Source: Macrostomum hystrix (Eukaryota > Animalia > Platyhelminthes). Taken from it: a stretch of DNA of 64,000 nucleotides. Within the stretch, counting starts at the first letter, position 1; each line of letters opens with the position of its first letter. The notes below the pieces were generated by a model. It was not told where the DNA came from and did no database searches. It saw nothing but the letters and a program-made list of their open reading frames with translations. The stretch is from positions 5,146,001-5,210,000 of the forward strand of contig CATNEN010000005.1 in the NCBI GenBank assembly GCA_950097015.1. The letters run 5' to 3'. The position numbers were made by a program, and so were the translations under genes. Shown piece after piece: positions 26,778 through 38,480 of this stretch.

Positions 26778-27062
26778 ATGAAAATCAACCAGTTTTACAG
26801 CAGCGGTGGCAACGGTGGCAACAGCCGGCGACGCCGAGGTGGGGGCCAGCGGCCTCTATCGTGCTTTCTTTGCGCGGGGCCACACACAGTGGCCCGCTGC
26901 CCTGCCGTCGCACAAGTGCGGCAGCAGCAGCAGCAGCAGCAGCCGCAGCAGCAGCTACTACTTGGAATTGGAACGAGGCTGCAGCAGCAGCTGCAGCAGC
27001 AGCAGCAGCAGCTGCAGCAGCAGCAGCAGCCGCAGCAGCAGCAGCAGCAGCCTAACAAATAA
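26778..27062 (+). CDS. 94-aa Arg/Gly-rich, CX2CX3HX4C zinc-knuckle, polyQ micro-protein
   Basis: MKINQFYSSGGNGGNSRRRRGGGQRPLSCFLCAGPHTVARC followed by polyQ; TATAAA at 26681; AATAAA overlaps the stop; flanked by 36-bp direct repeats. Confidence 0.55.
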   Translation: MKINQFYSSGGNGGNSRRRRGGGQRPLSCFLCAGPHTVARCPAVAQVRQQQQQQQPQQQLLLGIGTRLQQQLQQQQQQLQQQQQPQQQQQQPNK

Positions 27063-28839
27063 ATCCCAATCCTAAATTCTATTCTACAACGTCTACAATT
27101 CGAATTCGTCTACATTGTGCAAATTGTGCAAATTCCCCAATTGTGCAAATAAATTGAATCGAATTAATATTCACTGGAGAAATAATTGTTTCGTGTTGCT
27201 TTTCCTTATTTCCTACTGAAAATGAGAAACTTAATTGACACAGCTCATTGCAGTTCAAAATTCAAATTGATAGTTCAAAATGGTTAGCTAATATCAATGG
27301 CTAATTAAGTATCAATGGATCAATTTCTAATCTCCTTTCTTTTTCTTAATGATTCCAGTTGTGATCAGATCCTATTTCTCATCTGACCTCTTTTCTTAGT
27401 AATCCATTTTGTATCATTCTTCATTATAAATGCATGCCTGACAATTTATCTTTTAAAATAGAATAAGGCAGGTACCAGGTGTGCAGATTCATGAATCATG
27501 GGACTGGTCTTTGTCCACTGAAACATTTTTTGTATTTCTTCAATTGCAAAACACATTGAAAACAACAAAACAACAACAATTGAGTGAGCATCTGACAAAT
27601 TTATTATTATACAAATACATATCATTATGACGTTATAAGAAAACAAACTCCAAATGTAGAGAATTCAGTTCAATGAAAAAAGAAAAAATTGCATTGCACC
27701 TAAAAATATTACCCACAAACAGTAAACATGATGAACTTGCAGAAGGCTCCGCCAACAAGACAGTATCATTGCACAGTTCATTGCATTTGACTGCAAGAAT
27801 AATGGTGTCAATCCTACTGCTTGTTGGCTTGCTTTACTCTGCACTGCTGGTCAGAGGCATTCACTGGGGCAAGTTAAGTTCACGCACTCAACGTCACACA
27901 AAAAGCTTAGCTATCACAAGAGTCTCTAGGTTTGCTGAAGCTGCTTCAAACCTCTCATGGCTGCATACCCTCAGTTTTAGAGTGGAAGAACCTCTGAATC
28001 GTGATAAGCAGCGAACACGTTATTTCAACCACAATCTCAAGGCCCATTGATATGCAGCCAACCTGCTATATATTCACCTAATATTTACCTACATTAATTT
28101 CACTATTACTTATTAACTTTCATGGCACAACTAAATTGGGATCCGATTGTATCCGATCCTATTCTGGTTTGCCTTGATCTCAATCTAGTTATGCAATGAT
28201 CTCAATCTAGTTATGCGAGGATCTCAATTTAGTTATGCAATAAACCCATTTTAGTTACACCAAAAGATCCCAATTTAGCTAAGCAATGATCTCAGTTCTG
28301 TTACGCCACAAACAAAATTTAGCTAAGCAATGATCTCAGTTCTGTTATGCTATGAACCCAATTTAGCTATTGGGTTGGGAACCCAATTGGCTATTGGGAA
28401 CCCAATCCGATCCTATTCTGGTTTGCCTTGATCCCAACTCGTAGCAGAAAATTTTCATTACCTTACGGACGCCCCTCTTACTAATCATAATTCTGGTAAA
28501 CAATGAATCCAATTTTCCATTCTTCAATGATCCCATTCGTATCATGCCATGAGCCCAATTTCATTATGCGATAATTCCAATTCTGGTTTGCTATGATCCC
28601 AATTTAGTATGCAAGGATCCCAACTTAGTTATGCCAAATGATCCCAATTACGCTAAGCCATGATCTTAGTTCTGTTATGCAATGAACCCAATTAGGCTAA
28701 GCAATGATCTCACTTCTGTTATGCCACAAACACAATTTAGCTAAGCAATGATCTCACTTCTGTTATGCCACAAACACAATTTAGCTAAGCAATGATCTCA
28801 CTTCTGTTACGCCACAAACACAATTTAGCTAAGCAATGA

Positions 28840-30522
28840 TTTAGGATTGATATATAAGATTCTGTGAATTTAGGATTGGGATCTAAGAGATTCTATGAAT
28901 TTAGGATTGGAATCTAAGAGATTCTATGAATTTAGGATTGGGATCTAAGAGATTCTGTGAATTTAGGATTGGGATCTAAGAGATTCAATGAATTTAGGAT
29001 TGGGATCTAAGAGATTCTATGAATTTAGGATTGGGATCTAAGAGATTCTATGAATTTAGGATTGGGATCTAAGAGATTCTATGAATTTAGCATTGGGATC
29101 TAAGAGATTCTATGAATTTAGGATTGGGATCTAAGAGATTCTGTGAATTTATGATTGGGATCTAAGAGATTTTGTGAATTTAGGATTGGGATTTAAGAGA
29201 TTCAATGAATTTAGGATTGGGATCTATGAGATTAGGATTGGGATCTAAGAGATTCAATGAATTGAGGATTGGGATATAAGAGATTCTATGAATTTAGGAT
29301 TGGGATCTAAGAGATTCTGTGAATTTAGGATTGGGATCTCAGAGGTTCTATGAATTTAGGATTGGGATCTAAGAGGTTCTATGAATTTAGGATTGGGATC
29401 TAAGAGATTCTGTGAATTTAGCATTGGGATCTAAGAGATTCTATGAATTTATGATTGGGATCTAAGAGATTCTATGAATTTAGGATTGGGATATAAGAGA
29501 TTCTGTGAATTTAGGATTGGGATCTAAGAGATTCAATGAATTTAGGATTGGGATCTAAGAGATTCTGTGAATTTAGGATTGGGATCTAAGAGATTCTGTG
29601 AATTTAGGATTGGGATCTAAGAGATTCTATGAATTTAGGATTGGGATATAAGAGATTCTATGAATTTAGGATTGGGATCTAAAAGATTCTATGAATTTAG
29701 GATTGGGATCTAAGAGATTCTGTGAATTTAGGATTGGGATATAAGAGATTCTATGAATTTAGGATTGGGATATAAGAGATTCTATGAATTTAGGATTGGG
29801 ATATATCTCTTATATCTCTTGTGAATTTAGAATTGGGATCTAAGAGATTCTGTGAATTTAGGATTGGGATATAAGAGATTCTATGAATTTAGGATTGGGA
29901 TCTAAGAGATTCTATGAATTTAGGATTGGGATATAAGAGATTCTATGAATTTAGCATTGGGATCTAAGAGATTCTATGAATTTAGGATTGGGATATAAGA
30001 GATTCTATGAATTTAGGATTGGGATCTAAGAGATTCTGTGAATTTAGGATTGGGATCTAAGAGATTCTATGAATTTAGCATTGGGATCTAAGAGATTCTA
30101 TGAATTTAGGATTGGGATATAAGAGATTCTATGAATTTAGGATTGGGATCTAAGAGATTCTGTGAATTTAGGATTGGGATCTAAGAGATTCTATGAATTT
30201 AGGATCGGGATCTAAGAGATTCTATGAATTTAGGATTGGGATCTAAGAGATTCTGTGAATTTAGGATTGGGATCCAAGAGATTCTGTGAATTTAGGATTG
30301 GGATCTAAGAGATTCTATGAATTAAGCATTGGGATCTAAGAGATTCTATGAATTTAGGATTGGGATCTAAGAGATTCTGTGAATTTAGGATTGGGATCTA
30401 AGAGATTCTGTGAATTTAGGATTGGGATCTAAGAGATTTTGTGAATTTAGGATTGGGATCTAAGAGATTCTGTGAATTTAGGATTGGGATCTAAGAGATT
30501 CTGTGAATTTAGGATTGGGATC
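28840..30522 (+). repeat. 31-bp minisatellite (GAATTTAGGATTGGGATCTAAGAGATTCT(A/G)T)n, ~54 copies
   Basis: Period 31 (e.g. 28866 to 28897). Confidence 0.97.
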
Positions 30523-30784
30523 TGTTATGCTCAGTTCTGTTATGCCACAAACACAATTTAGCTAATCATTTTGCCTAGGTAATCCCTTATCTCAATTCCA
30601 TTATGATCCCATCTAATTTGAATTTATTAGGTGAATAAAGCAGGATTTGCCTGATATGTCTCAGCGGGCCATTTACATATCAGGATAAACTACTTGTGAT
30701 CACTATTAAACACAGATACCAATGCGACACTCACATACAAAAATGACACAAGTAATACTCACTTCAATGACGCCTGGAAATCGC

Positions 30785-33700
30785 CTAATCTCCAGTGAGC
30801 ACTTCTGGATACACCACGTTCCTGGTCTTGGTTCCGGAAACCCGGACGCGGACATTGGCCGCGTTCTTCGCTCGTGACAGCGCCGTGTACAGCTGACCAT
30901 GAGTGAAGCAACCGACAGCCAGGTCAACGCCAACGGTCTCCAGAGACTGGCCTTGTGCTTTGTGTATTGTAAGGCAGAAGCTCGACTTCACAGGAAACTG
31001 CAGCCGCTTGAAACTCACTGGTAGATCCGCATTGTTTGGAATCAGCGGAATTCGCGGCAGCAGGATCTCGTCTCCAGTGAACTGACCGGCGGCAATCTTG
31101 CAGCGCAGCACATTATCGCCCATCGTGAGAACGATGAGCCGTGTACCGTTGCACAGCCGCGGCGGGTTGATGTTCCGAAGAAGCACCAGCGGCATGCCCA
31201 CCTTGATCCTGAGCAGATAAGTTGGAAAATTCGGGGCATCCAGCTGGTTTAGCAACTCCGTCGGGAAATGCGTAGCGGCCTCCTCATCAGCCAGGCTGTC
31301 TACAGAGCGATACTCTCGCAGGCAACCCGGGAAAATGCCCAGACACGTCTCGTTGATGGCATCAACAGAGTCGTTGTACGGCGCCAGTATCGCTCGACTT
31401 GCAAAATAGTCGTCCCGCTCCGCTGATTCTTCAAACGACGGGTACACGAACTTGATCAGGTCATTCAGCGGAGCCTCTGCAGAAATCACCATCTCAGCGG
31501 GAAGGGACACCTTCTCCTCAGCATCCTGCTCGATTGTCCCGGTTCCGATCTGTGAAAAGAAAAGCAATAAAAACATGAAACATAATATTCGCAATGATTC
31601 GCGAGATTCGAATGATTTTACACCCCATTCTCACCTGCATAAGTAGCTCCGTGAACTTCTGGTACATCGCTGGCTCGGAGCTGCACAGCAGACGAATGTT
31701 TCTCGTCAAGCGATGTCGCTTGAAAAGTTTCCACAGCGAAGATCTGCAGACACACGCCATGACGCTGTTGGCGCGGGTTCCATTCACTACGACAGGCAGG
31801 AGCTGGCGGAAGTCACCGGAACACACCAGAGTGACTCCTCCAAATGGCTTGTCCTGCTTCCGAACGTCTCGCAGACACCTGTCCACGGATTCCAGATCCT
31901 TTCGATTGGTCATGGAGATCTCGTCCCAGACAATCAGCCGAACTCTACGAAACACTTCCGCTTGCTTGGACTGCGCGCCAACAGCGCAGACATCCTTGTT
32001 GGATCGGAGCAGCCGGACTGGGATCTTGAACCTAGAGTGAAGTTGTCATAGGTAGAATCGATTAGAAACGCGACTCTATAAAATTCAGAAGCATTCCCCT
32101 AATCTAAAAAACTTACGTGGAATGCGCAGTCTGTCCGCCTGGCAGCAGAGTCGCTGCGATTCCAGACGCCGCAACTGCCAGGGCGAGTTCACCGCGGCTG
32201 CGCACAAAGGCCAGCAAAACCTCCAGCAGGAAGGTCTTGCCAGTGCCAGCGGGCGCGTCCAGGAAGTGCAAACCGCCCGAGCCGGCCACAAGATCCGCAG
32301 TCACCGACTCGTACACCGCAATCTGCTCCTCCGTCAGCATTGACAGTCTCGCTTCCCGGATCTCGGCCTGTTCAACCGGGTCGAACTGCATCGGTCCGAC
32401 TTGAGGCGGCACGGAGGCCGCAGGCAAGCCGTACTCGGGCAGGCTGTGACCGCCCATGGAGGTCAGCATGCTCTGCAGCTCGCGCAGCGCCAGGTCGGTG
32501 ATTTCCTCAGCGCTCAGATCTCGGTGGTGAAACCGCAGGTCCTCGCACAGATCCTCGGCGAATGTGCACCACAGATCGCTGCCATCCTCAGGGTTGCCCC
32601 AAATCAGAATGACAGCCAGCAGGTGCCTGAGAGCTCTCGGCATTCGCGACTGGACTGCCTCGGCTAGGCAGCGCCGCCAGTGGTCGTCTCGTTGCAGCAG
32701 ACCCAGGGCCGTGCAAGCAGCCTTGGCGCTGGGACACAGCACTCCGTCCACAGTGTGCAGCGCCTCGAAGCTGGTTGGCCCTCTAACCTGCAGGAGGAGC
32801 ATTCGCATATAAAACAGATCCCCTGCTCTCGGACTCACCGTGTACATTCGGGCAATGTTCGTGTTGTGCACAACACCAGGGTGGCCCTCAACTCTCGAAC
32901 CCTTCTTGGCGCGGCGCCACTCCCTCTCGCTGTGGTGCCACACGAAGTAGGACGGCACCTCGGTGTACACCAGGCCTCTAGCGAATTCATCAGTGCGGCA
33001 CAGCTTGAAGAAAGCCGTCAGCGTCGAATCTCTGGGCGCCCTGGCCTTTGTGCTCGCATTTTGCTCGTTGAAATACACGAGCTGCTCGTTAGACTTGTGC
33101 ACGCACAATCGGATCACAGCCGGAAATCTGTTGTGCACCTGTTGTGTTTTAGTTTAAAAACCAAATTATTATTTTCCCATTCTTTGCTCCTAGCACTGCC
33201 TTGCAAACATCTATGACTTACTTCAAAGCCCAAGATGGTATTCACGGCTTCCATTGGGCCTATGTAGCGCGCCAGCAGATACTCCTTGATCTCATTTCGC
33301 CCCTCCTTCTTGGCTTGAGTCGGAGCCTTGCTAGCTGAACCTTCCTGTCGTTCGCCATCCGCAGCCTGCTCTCCTGGCCCGCTCGGCTTCTTGTTTGCCT
33401 CGAACTTGAACGACGCCATGTCGCCGCCTTTTAGCAAGTACTTGATCACGTACTTGACCGACTTGACGGTGGCACAAACTTCAAAGTTCATGTGGCATTC
33501 GAAAAGGAGCAGCAGGCCCGGGTTGTATGGTACAACCCACCTGTATTTGTGCCAGGAAAAGAATTGCTAATTAATGATTTATGTATTCTAGCAATGGTAA
33601 ATTAAACTTACAGTAAATAAACAATTTAGCAATATAAATAAACTAAACACAAGGCTAAACTAAGTACTTTGCTTTCGTATTAAAGAATCAACCTTTCAAT

Positions 33701-36700
33701 CAAGTCTGAAAAAACACCAACACCTCCTCACTCACCTGTTGTCCATGCGAATGCTGCGGCCTTTGAATAGTTTGTCCACCGTGAATCCGCCCATCTCAGG
33801 GGACAGCCTGCGATACAATGGGTAGCCAGTATCGCTGGTTAGAGTCGCCTGCTGGAACTCCTTCGGGAAGCCCTTGCTGCACTGGCCGTCCACCATGCAC
33901 GGGCAGGCTGGATTTACCACGCCGCAGGGGCCATGGATCATGTGAGTCTTCACCAGCTCGTGCAGCCTCGGCTGCTGCTGTGGGTCCGGGATCTCAGCGG
34001 ACACGATTTTGTCGTAGCGGTCCGGAGTCACTCTCTGTCCACTGACCAGCCAGAGCAGAAAGTGCACATGGGGGAGACCTGTGGAAGACATAAATAAATA
34101 AGTGATTCAAAGCAACGTATGATTGCGAAATCCCTTGCATAAAAATATGGATAGCTAAACCTGGAATGTATAGCAATGCAATCCTTGAACTCAAAAGTCT
34201 GTAATTACAGAAAGAAAATTGAAACCGCAAATCGCTCACTTACCGCGCTTCTGATACTCCAGAGAGCAAACATGTGCGGCCTCCTTTCCAAAGCGCTTCC
34301 TCAGCTCGGCAAGCAGAGCCTTCTTCTTCAGCTCGAAAACGCGCGTGACAATATCCGGCCGGTCCTCAGGTCGCTGTCCAGGTAGCAGCTGTGCGCTGAT
34401 TTCCGTCCACTTAGGGTTGCACGTCGCCGTGACAAACAGGTCCGGCTTGCCAAACTTTTGTACGTAGGTCATGGCGTCTTGCAGTCTCTCCATCAGGTAC
34501 CTTGGCCCGCCAACGAAGCTGGAGGACAGGAATACGTGCGCAGGCTTGCCAACATCAGTCGGATTTGTGTCGGTCGACCTGCCATCAGCAGCGAATAGAG
34601 CGTCTCGCAGACCGCTGTACGTCTCACTGCGCAGGTCGCTCTGATGGGTCCGCAGATAGAGCAGCCTCTCTGACTCAATCTTGGCGCACATATCCACCAG
34701 GTACTGCTGGAACAGCCTCCGTCCGTAGTGCAGCAAGCTGCTCTGGCCAGCTCGCACCATGATTTCGCTGGCATAGTACTTCATCGGCGTCAGCTTGCGG
34801 CCATTGCTCATGCGCAGCTCAGGGTGCCAGCCGTCCTCGCCATGGGGGAACAGCAACACGTACTCCAGTGCATCATACGATCGGTGCGTTTTGCTAATCC
34901 TCTTGTAGCCGCCACCCCGCAGTTGAATGACAACATCTCGGCTAGTTGCTGGCTCATCACCGTCTTCAGGGGCCTCAGTATCCTCAGTGTCCTTAACAAT
35001 GAGGATGCCGACCTCGTTTGCCGTGGGCAAATTGTAGCGCCTGATTTTGAACGGTAGTAACAAATGCTTTTAACAAAACTCTTTACAACGGTAAACATTT
35101 CTGTGTACACAGGCACAAAGCTTTAAAAGACAGGTTTTAAAATGTGTTCGAATCCCTTTTCAGTTATTGTTAGCTCACCGAATGTGTTCCCCAGAAGGCC
35201 TCCGGTCCGGGTGAATCACGATTCGCGCATCCACAAGCTCCGGATCCTCCATGATCCGCTGTGCTGCAGCCTTCAGGCTCCGAACGTAAAGGTTGCACTC
35301 GTGAAGCAACGTCTGTAGCAGCTCATGTAGCTCTGGCTTCACCCTATCGCTCAGACTCTGCTGGCTTTCGAGTTCGCGGTCAGTGAAGTACACCTGCCAG
35401 CCGCGAGGAACAGCAGACGCTTCAGCAAACAGCGGCATAGCAGTGTGGTGCAGCTGACCGCTGATGATGTAGCTGGGATTCCAGCCTGGCACCAACCGCG
35501 GCTTGGCACTCAGCGAGGTCAGGTGCAGCACAGAGTTGTAGCTCCGGATGTTGGTCAGGAACTCTGAGCTCATGCCATGCCGGCCCATGTACAGGTCAGC
35601 CAGCAGCTGTGGCACAGTCCGGGTGGGCAGCTTCACCTTGCCGCCAGCACAGCAGAAATTGCCCGTCTCCATGCGGAACAGCTTGGCACCGCAATGGTTG
35701 CATGCCCAGTCCATTGGCCCGCAGTCATGGGCTGGGGCTTCTGGCCTCGCCATCGTCTCAGGTCTGATAAAAAATGGAATGTATCTCTTAGTAACTGTTA
35801 AATGTAAATGTAACTGTTAATTGTGTGTCAGTTTACCTTGCAGTACCGGGTCCGTCTTCAGCGCGGCCCGCAGTCTCATGTTCCGCCGGCATCGCGCTGG
35901 GGCCCTTGGCCTTTTTGGTCTTCTTGGCAGGAGTTCTGCTTGCTGCCAGGCTTGGGAACTCAGCATCTGTAAAGGCTTGCAAAGGCTCTCGAAGTCTCAG
36001 TGACTCGTAATGTTCATGGCGCAAAAGCACACGCACAATGGCATTAGGAGGGCGCAAATTAGCCCTGAAATATTGCATCACACTACCATTGGCCTGGTAA
36101 ATGACCAGGTCCACATTAAAGCAGCGGCTCAACAAAGAGGCAACTTCATCTGAAACATAAATTCCTGCTTGAAAAGAGGAATTCACGATCTCATCAGCAC
36201 TTTCAGGTGCAATAAGGCCATCTGCAACCAGCTGTGGCATGAGTTCTGCAACACGGCAAGACAAGTCCTGCCGCAGGGAGGCTGCGTCAGTTTCCAGCGG
36301 GGTTCCACGCAGCTGATCACACACAGCATAAAAAAAGCAATTGCCATCACCAACAATGGGGATTACCTGCAACTGCTCAAAGGGTACAATAGATTCTGTA
36401 CCTTGCTGCTGGGTGTCCGACCTAAGGGGCAATGGGTGAACGTAAGCATTCATCTCTTGGAGTCTGAACGTTGGCTTTTTAAGACAATTCATTTCTCAAA
36501 AATCGTTGTTCGCTTAATTTATACAGAATAAAATGGATACTACAAATTATCCCCTTCAAGGCAATTCAGAAAAAAAGAAAAATAAAGACTTGTTATAAAA
36601 CGGCCATAAAACTCACCTAGAAACCACAGCTCCACGGCGACGAATGCGATCGGCTTCCAATCGGGCAGCCTGCTCTGCCTCAGTCTCAGCATGTCTGCGC

Positions 36701-36957
36701 TGAGCATTCCGCTGCCGCTGTTCTTCCAATCGGTCAGCCTGCTCTGCCTCAGTCTCAGCATGTCTGCGCTGAGCATCCCGCTGCCGCTGTTCTTCCAGTC
36801 GGGCAGCCCACTCTGTCTCAGTCTCAGCATGTCTGCGCTGAGCATTCCGCTGCCGCTGTTCTTCCAGTCGGGCAGCCCGCTCTGCCTCGGATTCTGCCTG
36901 TCGCCGTCGCTTGGCATCGCGGCTCTTCTTTAAACTGCTGGCGCCGCGTCGAACCAT
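30785..36957 (-). CDS. Helitron RepHel, ~1717 aa, 9 exons: 36957-36617, 36421-35837, 35763-35179, 35040-34244, 34078-33736, 33540-33222, 33138-32117, 32031-31635, 31549-30785
   Basis: All 8 introns are GT-AG and phase-compatible; exon total is 5154 nt. Domains: 23-aa STPR-like repeats, OTU (GDGNCFFYA...HEHY), Zn finger (CNHC...CCAGGKV), Rep motifs FVTATCNPKW / EYQKRGLPHVH / KYVIKYLLKG, and Pif1 motifs DAPAGTGKT, WDEISM, GDFRQLLPV, TIHKAQGQS, HGQLYTALSR. Confidence 0.95.
36660..36900 (-). repeat. 69-bp coding tandem repeat (ETEAEQAARLEEQRQRNAQRRHA), STPR-like, ~3.5 copies
   Basis: 23-aa periodicity in RepHel exon 1. Confidence 0.85.
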
Positions 36958-37349
36958 GATTGAGAAATGAGAAGCAAAATGAAATAGTTGAGAAAGAATG
37001 ATAGGGTTTGAAAGATGAAACTTTGTGAATTCGGATGTCTGAAGAATCAGATAAGGCGCCCTTATAGCCAAACTAATTTGCAGGCTTTTTATCATCCAGT
37101 GGGCTGAATCGGAGCTTATCTTAAGACGCAGGGTAAAAACTGAAAAATCAATAAAGAAAACAGGGGTCTAAATCTAAAAAACCTATGATTTGGGGTGTGG
37201 GCTCCCCAGGCCCGTGCGTCCACATTCCGGGGCAGAGGGCTCACAATGTACACTGGTCTGCGCCAGCCAGAGAGAAAAGCTGTGATGTAATCTATTTATA
37301 AATTCGCACTGACTGTCTCGCCAGTGGGGTTGACACAGTTATGTACATT

Positions 37350-37870
37350 TGACACACTGATTCAAACTCGGGTTTTGCCATGATTAAGACTCGGGTTTTG
37401 CCATGATTAAGACTCGGTTTTTGCCATAATTAAGACTCGGGCTTTGCCATGATTCAAACGATGGTTTAGCCATGATGGTTTATTTATGATTCAAACTCTA
37501 TGATTCAGACTCTGGTTTAGCCATGATTCAGACTCTGGTTTAGCCATGATTCAGACTCTGGTTTTGCCATGATTCAGACGCTGTTTTAGCCATGATTCAA
37601 AGTCTGGTTTAAGCATGATTCAAACTCTTGTTTAGCCATGATTCAAACGATGGCTTAGCCATGATTCAAACGATGGTTTAGCCATGATTTTAAACGATGG
37701 TTTAGCCATGATTCAAACTCTGGTTTAGCCATGATTCAAACGATGGTTTAGCCATGATTGAAACTCTGGTTTAGCCATGATTCAAACTCTGGTTTAGCCA
37801 TGATTTAAACGCTGGTTTAGCCATGATTTAAACGCTGGTTTAGCCATGATTCAAACTCAGATTTGCTATG
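37350..37870 (+). repeat. 23-bp minisatellite in the autonomous Helitron, upstream of RepHel
   Basis: GCCATGATTCA(A/G)AC(T/G)(C/A)TGGTTTA units. Confidence 0.93.
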
Positions 37871-38480
37871 ATTTATGATATTTTATTTACAAAATGAAAA
37901 AATAAATTAAAATAATCTTCAATCACTACTGGCTGAAAATTAGTCTAAATGATTTGACGCAGTGCAGAATCGAACCCTAGCCTAGCCTAACCTATTCCTA
38001 GTGCCTACACATCGGCTATTCCGACTGTTGGTTAGTGCGTGCAAAATATAGCCTTATAAAATGAATTCTCAAAGTTCTGGCTTTGTACAATGAAGTAAGA
38101 AAATAGAGTACACTCAGTCTCGCGGTTGGTTGTGTACATTTATTTCCAATTTGTCTCCAGAGTGCAGGCTTCAAATTCAATCAGCTAGGGGTTGTTGCGC
38201 AATTTGACGATGCAATTCTAATTCAGTGGCAGTGAGTAAAATTCTCAATAGGCCACGATGTTTGACCTTTGAAAAGTCATGTTTTTCGAATATTTAATCC
38301 CTTTAGAAATAAAGTTAAGCTTAATAAAAATACGTGTATAATTGTCCCTATATTTGGCATCTTTTGGTGAAGAAATTGTGAAAATCGGTTGAGCCGTTCG
38401 GGAGAAAATCAATTACAACCAAGCAACCATTTCATTTTTAGTATAGTGGAAGAAGAAGATATATAAGATTATTTTCCCAC

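Larger units (their letters stand above)
8381..38468 (-). mobile_element. Head-to-tail array of five Helitron units
   Basis: Each unit has a minus-strand 5' TC(T/A)ATATA... start and a 3' hairpin GCTCCCCGAAGGGGGGC followed by AAAACTTG-CTAG. Junctions are at 10555/6, 13976/7, 17398/9 and 22125/6. Outer flanks are A (38469) and T (8380), the canonical A|T target with no TSD. Confidence 0.95.
22126..38468 (-). mobile_element. Autonomous Helitron (16.3 kb) carrying RepHel, an RPA-like gene and a zinc-knuckle ORF
   Basis: 5' TCTTATATAT at 38468, 3' hairpin+CTAG at 22126; intact coding capacity (see CDS entries). Confidence 0.93.

Noticed and set aside
26795-27075. Poly-Cys, poly-Ser and poly-Ala ORFs
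   Set aside because: They are alternative frames of the CAG repeat.
23344-28050. Duplicated 125-aa ORF with a hydrophobic segment and the 66-aa antisense ORF
   Set aside because: No recognisable motif; their similarity is explained by the recent DNA duplication.
9177-30522. CRISPR-like appearance of the 23-, 31- and 44-bp repeats
   Set aside because: The repeats are contiguous with no unique spacers, the context is eukaryotic and there are no cas genes.
30706-36933. Many short overlapping or antisense ORFs across RepHel and other transposases
   Set aside because: They are shadow frames of GC-rich coding sequence.
22126-38468. Classification as a Helentron/Helitron2
   Set aside because: It has TC/CTAG termini, A|T insertion, Leu in Rep motif 2 and no endonuclease domain.
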